DNA of 64,000 nt from contig OY969691.1 in assembly GCA_963701985.1 (NCBI GenBank), positions 1,219,088 through 1,283,087 on the forward strand, read 5' to 3'. Position numbers and translations under genes: made by a program. The notes below the pieces were generated by a model. That model saw only the letters and a program-made list of their open reading frames with translations, did not search any database and was not told where the DNA came from. The stretch comes from an uncultured Coriobacteriia bacterium. GTDB lineage: Bacteria; Actinomycetota; Coriobacteriia; Anaerosomatales; PALSA-660. Below, one piece after another: positions 18,400-27,403 of this stretch. The stretch's first letter is position 1. Each line of letters begins with the position of its first letter.

Positions 18400-20208
18400 T
18401 CAGGACACGCGGAGGGAGCGGATCGGCGAGGTGCTGCGCTTCTCGCGCGCGGTCCCGAGGAACCGGGCCTGGACGTGCCACACTCCCCGCCGCGTCGGCG
18501 CGAAGGTGTAGTGCCAGGCGATGCCGCTGTGGCCGTCGCTCGAACGAGCGACCATAGCCGTCAGGCATGTGTAGGTCGACGAGCCCGGCCGCTCCACGTA
18601 CAGCCGCACGATGTCCGTCGTCGTCCCCGGCTTCAGCGAGCCCGAGAGCGTCACCCGGTGGTCCACCGCGACCGAGGCGTGGCCGAGCACGAGGGTGAGC
18701 GACGTGGCCTTCGGCTGGATGCTCGCGGGTACCGGGGCGGCCGCGGTGATGGTGAAGTCGACGGTGTGCGGCTGCTCGCTGTTGCCCGCGGCGTCGACCG
18801 ACCAGAACGTGAGCGAATGCGCGCCGACGGCCGAGACGGAGACGGTCGTGCCTTCGACCGCGCGTACGCCGTCGAGGCTGTACCACGTGCTCGCGACTCC
18901 GGACCCGCCGGTATCGGTGGCCGTCAGCCTGATGGTGGCTGAGCCCGTGTAGGTCGCCTGTGCGTCCGACACCGTCGTCGGCGGCGTCGTGTCGGGCGCG
19001 GACGGCGACGCCAGCGAAGCCAGAGCGAGGTCCGGACGGACGAGACCGTAGCCGTACGTCGCATCGACGCCCTTGGCCCCGAGGTCCTGCGCGGTGTTCT
19101 CGAGCACCTGGGCCACCTGGACGGCGGTGAGACCGGGATGCGCCGACCACACGAGCGCGGCGGCGCCCGTCACGAACGGGGTCGCCATCGACGTGCCGCT
19201 CCAGCTCTGCGTCGTCGATCCGGGCACCGTCGAGACGATGTTCACGCCCGGCGCGACGAGCTTCTCGTCCGTCGATCCGTAGTTCGAGAAACTCGCGAGG
19301 TGGTTGCTCGAGTCCACGGCGCCCACGCCGATGACGCCGGGGAGCGAAGCGGGCACGAACGCGCTCGACGTCGCGCTGTTGCCGGCCGCGGCCACGACGA
19401 GCGCGCCCTTCGACTCGGCGTACGTGACCGCTGAGGAGAGCACCTCGTCGGCCGCCGCGCCGCCGGACGGACCGCCCAGGCTCATCGTGATGATCCTGCA
19501 CGGCGTGTCGTCGACCGCGTCGCGGATGGCGGAGGCGATGTCGTCGTCGTATCCCTCGCCGTTCGCGTCGAGCGCCTTGAACGCGTACACCGTGGCCTGC
19601 GGAGCGGTGCCGACCCCCTCGATGCCGTTGTTGCGGATCGCCGCGATGATGCCCGCGACGTGCGTCCCGTGGCCGTTGTCGTCACTCGCCGAGGCGCCGG
19701 GCGTCACGTAGTTGCGGAAGAGGACGACCTGGCCGGCCAGATCGGGCTGGCTGGCGTCGATGCCGGTGTCGATCTCGGCGACGTCGACGCCGGACCCCTG
19801 GCTCGTCGCCCATGCGGCGGGAGCCCCGATGTCGGGCAGGCCCCATTGCTGCGTGTACTCGGGGTCGTCGGCCGGCAGCGCCATCAGGTGGACGAGGTGG
19901 TTGACCTGCGCGTAGGCGACACCTGGGACCGCGCGCACGAGCGCGGCGAACGCGGTCGCATCCGAACTCGCCGGCACGGTCGCCTGAAGCGCGTTCCAAC
20001 GGAACTGCTCCGTGACGGTGCCGCCGTCCTTCTCGACCGCGGAACGCACCGACGCCAGCCGCGCGCCGCTGGTCACGGCGACGACGATGGAAGCCGGGGT
20101 GCCGTCCGAGGCCGGGCCCGCGGCCGCGGCGATCGCCGGCATGCCGGCGAGGCTCGCGGCGAGGAGCGCGGTAGCGGCGAGCGCGATCACTCTTTGGAGG
20201 TGGTGCAT
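18400..20208 (-). CDS. secreted S8 (subtilisin-like) serine peptidase with C-terminal Ig-like domains
   Basis: Start at ATG 20208, followed by the signal peptide MHHLQRVIALAATALLAASLAGMPAIAAA. Catalytic triad: VAEIDTGID, HGTHVAGI, GTSMATPFVTGAAAL. Ig-like repeat TATDTGGSGVASTWYSLDG. Confidence 0.9.
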   Translation of the reverse strand: MHHLQRVIALAATALLAASLAGMPAIAAAAGPASDGTPASIVVAVTSGARLASVRSAVEKDGGTVTEQFRWNALQATVPASSDATAFAALVRAVPGVAYAQVNHLVHLMALPADDPEYTQQWGLPDIGAPAAWATSQGSGVDVAEIDTGIDASQPDLAGQVVLFRNYVTPGASASDDNGHGTHVAGIIAAIRNNGIEGVGTAPQATVYAFKALDANGEGYDDDIASAIRDAVDDTPCRIITMSLGGPSGGAAADEVLSSAVTYAESKGALVVAAAGNSATSSAFVPASLPGVIGVGAVDSSNHLASFSNYGSTDEKLVAPGVNIVSTVPGSTTQSWSGTSMATPFVTGAAALVWSAHPGLTAVQVAQVLENTAQDLGAKGVDATYGYGLVRPDLALASLASPSAPDTTPPTTVSDAQATYTGSATIRLTATDTGGSGVASTWYSLDGVRAVEGTTVSVSAVGAHSLTFWSVDAAGNSEQPHTVDFTITAAAPVPASIQPKATSLTLVLGHASVAVDHRVTLSGSLKPGTTTDIVRLYVERPGSSTYTCLTAMVARSSDGHSGIAWHYTFAPTRRGVWHVQARFLGTAREKRSTSPIRSLRVS

Positions 20209-20373
20209 CCGGATCCTCGTGCTCCCTGTGTCCCGTTGACGGACGCGAGCCGGCCGGCGGCCCTTCGCTGCCGTCGAACCCTGTATCGGCCGGAGACCGG
20301 CGCGCGATAACCGAGCAAGAACGGTGCCCGGCGCGGACGCGCCGGGCGCGCGCGCATACTGGGGGTACACAGG

Positions 20374-21036
20374 GTGCGGAGGTGGACGGTGAACGACGTC
20401 GCGGCGTTGGCGTTCGGATACCTGCTCGGATCCTTCCTGCCCGCGTACTTCCTCGGCCGGGAGCGCGGTGTCGACCTGCGGTTCGTCGGGACGCGCAACC
20501 CGGGCGCCACGAACGCGTACCACGTCCTCGGGCCGTGGGCCGGCGCCGTGGCGCTGGCCGTGGACGGGTCCAAGGGACTGATCGCTATGGCGCTGGCCAG
20601 CGCGATCCGCGTACCCGCGCTCGTCGTCTACGGCGCCGGGCTGATGACGATCGTCGGTCACCGCTTCCCGTTCTACCTGCGCTTCAAAGGCGGACAAGGC
20701 GTCGGGACGAGCGCCGGGATGCTGCTCTTCGCGATCGTCGTCGCGCTCCTGCAGGGCCGCGTGGCGTCGAACGCGCTCGTCGGCCTCGCGGTGGTCGCGC
20801 TCGCCGCGTTCGTTCTGTTCAGGAGCGGAGCCGTGGTGGCGCTGTGCGTGCTGCCCCCGCTCTTCCTGCTGTTCCTGTTCGGAGGGCTCGACCTGCTGCT
20901 GTTCGCCTTCGCCGCCGTGGTCCTCGCGCACATCTGGATCGTCGACCTCGACCTGGTGCGCGCGAATCATCTGATAGCGAGCGGGCCGGGATGGCGTGTC
21001 CTGCGCCGCGCGCTCTCGGACAGGTCCCAGCGCTAG
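20374..21036 (+). CDS. plsY: glycerol-3-phosphate acyltransferase PlsY
   Basis: 220 aa and polytopic, with GYLLGSFLPAYF, GTRNPGATNAY, DGSKG, and HRFPFYLRFKGGQGVGTSAG. Confidence 0.9.
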   Translation: MRRWTVNDVAALAFGYLLGSFLPAYFLGRERGVDLRFVGTRNPGATNAYHVLGPWAGAVALAVDGSKGLIAMALASAIRVPALVVYGAGLMTIVGHRFPFYLRFKGGQGVGTSAGMLLFAIVVALLQGRVASNALVGLAVVALAAFVLFRSGAVVALCVLPPLFLLFLFGGLDLLLFAFAAVVLAHIWIVDLDLVRANHLIASGPGWRVLRRALSDRSQR

Positions 21037-21108
21037 CGGCCCGGGCTCGTCCGCCCGGCGACGCGAGGGGACCCGGACGGGTACCATCATCTGCTAGGAC
21101 CCACATGG

Positions 21109-21696
21109 ATGAAGGAGGTCACGATGCCGATCAAGGGCAGCCGAACGGAAGCCAACCTGCTCAAGGCGTTCGCCGGCGAGAGTCAGGCGCGGAACCGCTA
21201 CTGGTTCTTCGCGACGAAGGCGAGGAAGGAAGGTTTCGAGCAGATCAGCGCGTTGTTCCTGGAAACCGCCGAGAACGAGAAGGAGCACGCCAAGGTCTTC
21301 TTCAAGTATCTCGAGGGCGGCGACGCTGAGATCACCGCGACCTATCCCGCCGGCCGCATCGGCACCACCGCGGAGAACCTCCTGGCCGCCGCGGAGGGCG
21401 AGAAGCTCGAATGGGGCGTGCTCTATCCCGACTTCGCGACCGTGGCCGACGAGGAGGGGCTCGGCGAGGTGGCCGAGTCGTTCCGGCAGATCGCGAAGGT
21501 CGAGGAGCGGCACGAGGCCCGCTACCGCAAGCTCTTGGCGAACGTCGAGGGCGACCGCGTGTTCACGAAGGACCACCCGATCCGCTGGAAGTGCCGCAAC
21601 TGCGGGTACGTCTTCGAGGGGACGACCGCTCCCGCGATCTGCCCCGCGTGCAAGCATCCGCAGTCGTACTACGAGGTGTGGACCGAGGCATACTAG
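21109..21696 (+). CDS. rbr: rubrerythrin
   Basis: 195 aa. Di-iron helices (NLLKAFAGESQARNRY, ETAENEKEHAKVFF, AAAEGEKLEW, IAKVEERHEARY) plus the C-terminal rubredoxin CRNCGY...CPACKHP. Confidence 0.9.
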   Translation: MKEVTMPIKGSRTEANLLKAFAGESQARNRYWFFATKARKEGFEQISALFLETAENEKEHAKVFFKYLEGGDAEITATYPAGRIGTTAENLLAAAEGEKLEWGVLYPDFATVADEEGLGEVAESFRQIAKVEERHEARYRKLLANVEGDRVFTKDHPIRWKCRNCGYVFEGTTAPAICPACKHPQSYYEVWTEAY

Positions 21697-21749
21697 GGGC
21701 CGTTCGCGGCGCCGATCCATCTCAGCGCTCGACGCCCGGCACCAGCGCC

Positions 21750-21781
21750 GGAAGGGCCGTCCCGGCAGGGGCGGCCCTTCC
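21750..21781. terminator. 10-bp GC hairpin (ggaagggccg ... cggcccttcc) between convergent genes
   Basis: Read directly. 12-nt loop. Sits between the rubrerythrin stop (21696) and the stop of the minus-strand reductase gene (21792). Confidence 0.5.
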
Positions 21782-21791
21782 GCGGGTCCCG

Positions 21792-22436
21792 TCAGGTCGT
21801 CAACATCTTGAAGGCGTGGTCCCACACGCCGTAGTGCGTGCCGTACAGGAGCCAGGCGAGGGTGACCGGCTCGATCGCGCGGCTGGCCGTGATGTCGCCC
21901 AGATCGGCTGTCTCCCATCCGAAATCGTCCAAGATGCGCGTGACCGCGGCCTTCGCGCCGTTGTCGTTCCCGCAGATGAGCATGGTCGGCGGACCGCCGG
22001 GAAGCTGCGGGTGCACCATCTGCCGGTAGCCGACGATGTTGAAGGCCTTCACCACGTGCGCCTGCGGCAGCATGCGCTGGACCTGCTCTCCGGCGGAATC
22101 GGTGCATCCGACCGAGAGGCCCGGCCCGTGCTGCGAGTCGGGGGCGAGGGGGTTGGTCACGTCGATGACCACCTTGCCCGCGAGGTTGTCGGGTCCGCAC
22201 AGCTCGACGACGTGCGGGGCCGCCATCCACGCCGGCACGAAGCAGGCGAGCTCACACCACCCGGCGGCCCGCTCGTACGTGTCCACGCAGGCCCGAGAGC
22301 CGCTGCGCCGCAGCCAGGCGGCGGCGACCTCTCCCTTCGGGTCACGCGTCCCCATCACCACATCGTCGCCGCGAGCGATGAAGCCCGACCCCAAGGTCCT
22401 GCCGACTTGGCCCGAGCCAAGGATACCGACGCGCAT
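21792..22436 (-). CDS. NAD(P)-binding oxidoreductase (NADPH-dependent F420 reductase / ProC-N-terminal-like family)
   Basis: Start ATG at 22436 gives MRVGILGSGQVGRTLG (Rossmann). Also VVIDVTNPL and VVKAFN. The upstream part of the long ORF has no support. Confidence 0.7.
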   Translation of the reverse strand: MRVGILGSGQVGRTLGSGFIARGDDVVMGTRDPKGEVAAAWLRRSGSRACVDTYERAAGWCELACFVPAWMAAPHVVELCGPDNLAGKVVIDVTNPLAPDSQHGPGLSVGCTDSAGEQVQRMLPQAHVVKAFNIVGYRQMVHPQLPGGPPTMLICGNDNGAKAAVTRILDDFGWETADLGDITASRAIEPVTLAWLLYGTHYGVWDHAFKMLTT

Positions 22437-22631
22437 GGCCCCCTCCTCCGGATCGACCGGTCCCGAGGACGCCGGGATCGGGGACACACCATGGTTCGTA
22501 CCCGCGTCATCGCCGGCCGTTCGATGCCGGATCGTCGACGATCGCCGTCGCGCACGGACGCCAGACGCCGAAGCGGCGCACAATGTGCTCGAGCGGCAGG
22601 AAGAGGACGCCGGGATCGAAGGAGCCGGGAC

Positions 22632-23216
22632 ATGGATGTGCTCACTCGCGCGTTCTGGAGGTGGCTGCCTCTGGGGATCGCCATCTCGATGCTGTGCGGC
22701 GTCGCCTACGTCTTCAGCCAGCAGGTCTACCGGATGTCGGCGAACGACCCCCAGATCCAGATGGCCGAGGACGCCGCGCGCGCGATCGCGGACGGCGCCC
22801 GGCCTCTGACCGAGACCGGGCCCACCCATGTCGATCCGTCGGCGAGCCTGGCGCCGTTCCTCATCGTCACCGACTCCAGCGGCAGAGTCGTCGCGTCGTC
22901 GGCCCTGTTGGGTGCCACCGCGCCGACACCGCCCGCGGGCGTCCTGCAGGCCGCCAAGGTCAGCGGCGAGGACCGCGTGACGTGGCAGCCGAGGGCCGAC
23001 GCGCGCATCGCCGCCGTCGTCGTGCCCATCTCCGGCGGCGCGAGAGGGTACGTCCTCGCCGGCCGCAGTCTGCGCGCCGTCGAGGAACGCGAGGATGCGC
23101 TTCTCGAGCTCATGTGGGCGGGGTGGGCGGCCACCATCGTGGTGACCCTGATCGCCACGTGGGCGGTCACGCGATACGTCACGCCGCCCGCGGCCGTGTC
23201 GGGGGACAGCGCCTGA
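22632..23216 (+). CDS. hypothetical membrane protein (TM helices at both ends flanking a ~130-aa external domain)
   Basis: ATG at 22632. N-terminal TM WLPLGIAISMLCGVAYVF and C-terminal TM WAGWAATIVVTLIATWAV. No recognisable family. Confidence 0.45.
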   Translation: MDVLTRAFWRWLPLGIAISMLCGVAYVFSQQVYRMSANDPQIQMAEDAARAIADGARPLTETGPTHVDPSASLAPFLIVTDSSGRVVASSALLGATAPTPPAGVLQAAKVSGEDRVTWQPRADARIAAVVVPISGGARGYVLAGRSLRAVEEREDALLELMWAGWAATIVVTLIATWAVTRYVTPPAAVSGDSA

Positions 23217-23274
23217 GGAGAGGGCGCGCGTCGTCGAGTCGCGGCCCGCGCGTCCTCATGCCGCCGGCCGAGGC

Positions 23275-23967
23275 TCAGGAGCGCGGCCGGAGAAGCTCCC
23301 GCACCGAACCGTCGGGGGAGCCGAGCAGGAGGAAGTCCGCCGGGCGCAGCGCGAAGATGCCGCACGCGACCACGCCGGCGATCGAGTCGAGAGCGCTCTC
23401 CGCCGCGACCGGGTCCGAGAGATCGAGGCCGATGACGTCCAGCACCTCGTTACCGTTGTCCGTGAGCGCGCCCGGGCGGGGCGACGCCGACGCGCCGAGG
23501 TCCGCGATCGCGCGTTCGACGTACGCCTTGGCCATCGGCAGGACCTCGACCGGGACCGGATGCGACTCGCCGAGCTCTCGCACGAGCTTCTCCTCCGACG
23601 CGATGCAGACGAAGAGGTCGGCAGCGGATGCGAGCACCTTCTCCCGAGCGTGCGCTCCGCCGGCGCCCTTGATGAGCCGCAGGCGCACGTCCGCCTCGTC
23701 GGCGCCGTCGACGTAGACGGGCAGCCGGCCGGTCGCGGGAAGCTCGACGACCCGGATGCCCACCTCTCGCAGTCGGCGCGTCACCGCGACCGAACTGGCC
23801 ACGGCGGCCTTGGGCAGTCGGGCGGAGGCGGCCATGGCGTCCACGAACGTGGCCGTCGTCGAGCCCGTGCCGACACCGATGAGCGCGTCCGAGTCCACGA
23901 ACCGTAACGCGGCGTCGGCCGCGGCGACGCGACCTTCGCTCCCCGTGGTGACCTCCATCACGTCCAC
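23275..23967 (-). CDS. rpiA: ribose-5-phosphate isomerase A
   Basis: 230 aa with LIGVGTGSTTATFVDAM, VYVDGADE, LIKGAGGAHAREKVLA. Confidence 0.9.
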   Translation of the reverse strand: MDVMEVTTGSEGRVAAADAALRFVDSDALIGVGTGSTTATFVDAMAASARLPKAAVASSVAVTRRLREVGIRVVELPATGRLPVYVDGADEADVRLRLIKGAGGAHAREKVLASAADLFVCIASEEKLVRELGESHPVPVEVLPMAKAYVERAIADLGASASPRPGALTDNGNEVLDVIGLDLSDPVAAESALDSIAGVVACGIFALRPADFLLLGSPDGSVRELLRPRS

Positions 23968-24746
23968 TTCCCCCTTGACGGCGCCGGGTCCGCCGGCGAC
24001 CCGATCCGTTCGGGCCCGCCCGATCCGATCCCGTCCACGACTTCATTCCCGACGGCGGCCGGCACGGGTGTCGGCGACGTCTCGGCCGCGGCGCGACGTG
24101 AGGCGACTGCTCGCTCGACGGCGCGGCGTTCCGCCGCGAACCGTTCGCGCGCGGCCCTCACGGCCCCGACGCCGTCCGACGTGCCGCTCGCCGCAGGGCA
24201 CCCGGCGTCGAGGGGCGCGGGCGACGGCCGACGGGAGGGGCTCGTGAGATCCCACAGCTCACGGTCGCCCAACCGCTCGTTCACCGCACGGAGCGCCTCA
24301 AGGATGTGCGGCCGGAGCTCCTCGCTGACCGGCACGCCGCCGTCATCGATCGCGGACGCGGACGCGAGGCGGCCGGACTCGGGATTCGCGGGCGCGGACT
24401 GCTCGACCTCGTGGCCGGCTGCCCTCCCGCCCCGGTCGGCGACCGCCGTGGGCATGCCCGGGTCTTCCGCCGCCGCCGCGGACTCGTCGGAGATCCCGCG
24501 GGCGAGCGCGGCCAGACCGCTCGCCAGCTCCTGGAGCCTCTCCCGCTCGGCGCGCCCGCCGGCGTGCCCGACACGCGCGCTCGCCGCCCCCAAGGCGTCG
24601 AGCGCGGCCACCACGTCCGACCAGTCGGTCCGCGACGCGTGCCGATCGGCCTGCGGCCCGTGCACGCTCGCGGACACCGCCGCCTGTCGCGACGTCCGGG
24701 ACGCGCCGCGAGCCGGCGCGAGCTCGTGGCCGGCGCGAACGCTCAT
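23958..24746 (-). CDS. hypothetical Ala/Arg/Glu-rich protein
   Basis: Start ATG at 24746 forms an ATGA overlap with the msrB stop. The 3' end overlaps the rpiA start by 10 nt. No family recognised and composition is low-complexity. Coding status is supported mainly by operon geometry. Confidence 0.4.
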   Translation of the reverse strand: MSVRAGHELAPARGASRTSRQAAVSASVHGPQADRHASRTDWSDVVAALDALGAASARVGHAGGRAERERLQELASGLAALARGISDESAAAAEDPGMPTAVADRGGRAAGHEVEQSAPANPESGRLASASAIDDGGVPVSEELRPHILEALRAVNERLGDRELWDLTSPSRRPSPAPLDAGCPAASGTSDGVGAVRAARERFAAERRAVERAVASRRAAAETSPTPVPAAVGNEVVDGIGSGGPERIGSPADPAPSRGKWT

Positions 24747-25138
24747 CGAGGGTGGAACACCAACGCGGCGGAGTTCATGCAGTACCTCGTATGCAGTGGT
24801 GCGGGCCCGTCGTCGAACAGGTGGCCGAGGTGACCGCCGCACCGACGGCAGCGGACCTCGGTACGGGCCATGCCGAGGCTCGTGTCGGTCGCGGTCTCGG
24901 TCGCGTCATCGTCGATGGGTCGCGTGAACGAGGGCCATCCGGTGCCCGAGTCGAACTTGTCGGCGGCGTCGAACAGCGGCCGGTCGCACCCCGCGCACCG
25001 GTAGACGCCGTCCGCGTGGTTGTCCCAATACGCGTTGTGGAAGGGCGGCTCGGTCCCCACCCGTCGAAGCACCCGGAACGCGTCCGGGCTGAGGATGTGG
25101 CGCCACTCCTCGTCGGTGTGCTCGACCTCGTACGGCAT
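24743..25138 (-). CDS. msrB: peptide-methionine (R)-S-oxide reductase MsrB
   Basis: 131 aa with zinc CxxC pairs (YRCAGCDRPLF, RCRRCGGHLGHLF), GTGWPSF, and catalytic RYCMNSAAL. Confidence 0.95.
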   Translation of the reverse strand: MPYEVEHTDEEWRHILSPDAFRVLRRVGTEPPFHNAYWDNHADGVYRCAGCDRPLFDAADKFDSGTGWPSFTRPIDDDATETATDTSLGMARTEVRCRRCGGHLGHLFDDGPAPLHTRYCMNSAALVFHPR

Positions 25139-25195
25139 GCCTCGCCTCTCTCTCCGAGCGCCCGCCGCCAGCGGCGCGGGCCTCGATGGAACGCC

Positions 25196-25819
25196 CTACA
25201 GCATCGCGGCCGCACCGCGCGGCGTGGCGATGCGCCGCACCTCCTCCTGCGCGGACGCTGAGAGCCCCGTCCTCGGCAGGTCCCGCCGCATCTGCTCGAT
25301 GTCGCGGCATCCGCCCAGCCACCCGTTGACCCGGGCCGCGGCCGTCGAGTCGACGAAGGCGCGGTCCTCCGGGTACATGGCGCGGAACTCGGCCATGATG
25401 GAACGGCGCGAGCGCAGCGAGTACTTCTGGTGATAGTCCTCCGCGCGGTAGAACCGCTGAAGCGGTTCGATCGCGGTGTTCACGACGCCGACGCGCGCCG
25501 CGATCCGGTCACGCGCCCGTTCCGCGACGAGGCGCTCCTCGTCCGTCCGGAAGAACAGCGCCGACCGATACTGCCGCGAGTATGCGGCGCGTCGCGGGTC
25601 GTGACTGAGCCAGAAGACGTCCACGAGGTCCTCGTAGGCGATCGTGGAGGGATCGAAGTCGATCTCGAGCGATTCCGTGTGATCGCCGAGGCGATGGTAG
25701 GTCGGGTCGGCCGTCGTCCCGCCCGCGTACCCCACGCGCGTGCGCACGACGCCGTCCATGCACCCGAACTGGGCGTCCGGTCCCCAGAATCAACCGAGGG
25801 CGAACGTGGCGGTGCGCAC
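25196..25819 (-). CDS. msrA: peptide-methionine (S)-S-oxide reductase MsrA with in-frame TGA at the catalytic position (candidate selenocysteine; start uncertain)
   Basis: The frame reads V(GTG 25819)RTATFALG-TGA(25790-25792)-FWGPDAQFGCMDGVVRTRVGYAGG...FWLSHDP...QYRSALFF...EDYHQKY. The ORF track begins only at Met 25759, downstream of the motif. Confidence 0.75.
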
Positions 25820-25943
25820 CTCGAGTGTGCGGCTCCAGGTCGAGCTCCGGCAACGCTCGCGGCTCGGCCGGCGTGCGATCGAACAACGGCATGGGCGACC
25901 TCCTCGGACAGCCGGTTCCTACCCATCCGGGAGCACGGCGATG

Positions 25944-27193
25944 TCAGCGGCTCGGCCGGCCGTCGTCCAGCTCGTTCGCGAGCATCTCCAGGAACAGGCC
26001 CACGTCGGTCACGACGCCGATCGTCTGGAACGAGCCCCGGTCGGCGAGCTTCGTCACGACCGCCGGGTTGATGTCGACGCACACGGTCGTCGTCGCGGCG
26101 GGCAGCATGTTGCCGGTCGCGATCGAGTGCAGCATCGTCGAGAACATGAGGCAGGCGCCCGCGTCGCGGCAGTACGCGCGCATCGCGGCCTGCGCCTCGA
26201 GCGCGTCGGTGATCACGCCGGGCATGGGCCCGTCGTCGCGGATCGATCCGGCGAGCACGTACGGCGTCCCGGTCTTCACGAGCGTGTACATGAGCCCCTC
26301 GGTGAGCACGCCCGTCCTCCACCGCCGCCTCGAAGCCGCCGGCGGCTCGGATGCGGTTGATCGCGCGGAGGTGGTGCTCGTGCCCGCCGGGCACGATCGT
26401 CCCGTCGTCGAGCCGCACGCCGAGCGAGGTGCCGAACAGGGCCGCTTCGAGCGTCGTGCGTGGCGACGGCGTTCCCGCCGAAGCATGACGGTCAGGTAGC
26501 CCATCTCGAACAGCCGCGCGAGGTGCGGCCGCCGCGCCGGTGTGCACGACGGCCGGCCCGACGACGGCGATCGCGGAGCGGCCCGTCCTCCCTGCATGCG
26601 TCGCAGCAGCTTCGCGACCTCGCACGACGATCTGCGCCTTCGGCTTCTCGCTGACGAGACCGCGGAGTTCATGAACTCGAACGCCGCCTTCTCGCGCGGG
26701 CGCTCGACCGGGATGACGCGCAGTCCCGCGTGTCCCACGAGCGAGCAGGTCGCCCGCGCGCACGTCGTTGATCGCGACGAGCTCGGCCGCACGGCTGGCC
26801 GTGTCGACGCGGATCCCGAGATCCATCTCGGCGCCGTCCACCGCGGCCCAACGGCCGCCGAGCCGCACCCACGTCTCCATGTTGGTGGTCGAGTAGAAGC
26901 CCTCGGGGAAGACGCCGTCGGCGGGCGCGGGCTCGACGTCCGCGTCGTCCTGCTGGAGCGGGACGGCGCCATGCTCCTGCACCGCCGGTCACTATGCGGT
27001 CGAGCGTCGCCTGGTCCGGCCCGATCACCCGGATGACCGCTCGCGAGACATCCTCGTTCGTCCGGCCGACGTCGAACGACAGCGTCTCGAACTCTCCACC
27101 GAGCTCGATGATGTCGTCCATGATGCGGCTGACTATCTGCGAGTCGATGAGGTGGCCCTCGACGACGACGTCCTCGTAGTAGCGAGCGGGCAT
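25944..27193 (-). pseudogene. LOR/SDH-type (TIGR00300-family) protein, frameshifted as assembled
   Basis: N-terminus MPARYYEDVVVEGHLIDSQIVSRIMDDIIELGGEFE (ATG 27193). The middle lies in other frames (FPEGFYSTTNMETWVRLGGRW, LFGTSLGVRLDDGTIVPGGHEHHLRAINRIRAAGG). The C-terminal ~115 aa are intact (YVLAGSIRDDGPMPGVITD...MLHSIATGNMLP...VDINPAVVTKLADRGS). Confidence 0.7.
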
Positions 27194-27403
27194 GCGGATC
27201 CCTTCGGTGTGGCGTGTCCGGGGCGGCGGCGCGGTACGTCGTCTATACGGTCGTCCGCGCATCCTATGCGTCCCGTATGATAGCCGTCCGCCGTGCGCGA
27301 GAGACCCGCGCGTGGGACCCCGCCCCGCAGGAGGGACGCGGCCATGGCCGCGGTGGCGCGCGCACGTGCGTCGCGAGGGAAGAGCGGTGGCCGCGGTGGC
27401 GCG

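Noticed and set aside
17155-20208. Radical SAM/SPASM gene plus S8 protease as a RiPP biosynthetic cluster.
   Set aside because: The genes are convergent. I found no precursor-peptide ORF, transporter or additional maturase. The radical SAM enzyme looks more like the AhbD/NirJ group, and the protease has a signal peptide and Ig-like domains typical of secreted housekeeping proteases.
20209-21090. N-terminal 294-aa extension of the S8 peptidase ORF (track start 21090).
   Set aside because: The extension is antisense to plsY and highly charged and low-complexity. A classic signal peptide follows the ATG at 20208, so the shorter start is preferred.
25509-25892. ORF MPLFDRTPAEPRALPELDLEPHT... as an alternative msrA N-terminus or separate gene.
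   Set aside because: It is out of frame with the conserved ATFALG-x-FWG block and has no recognisable features. A GTG at 25819 in the msrA frame suffices. A frameshifted longer N-terminus remains possible.
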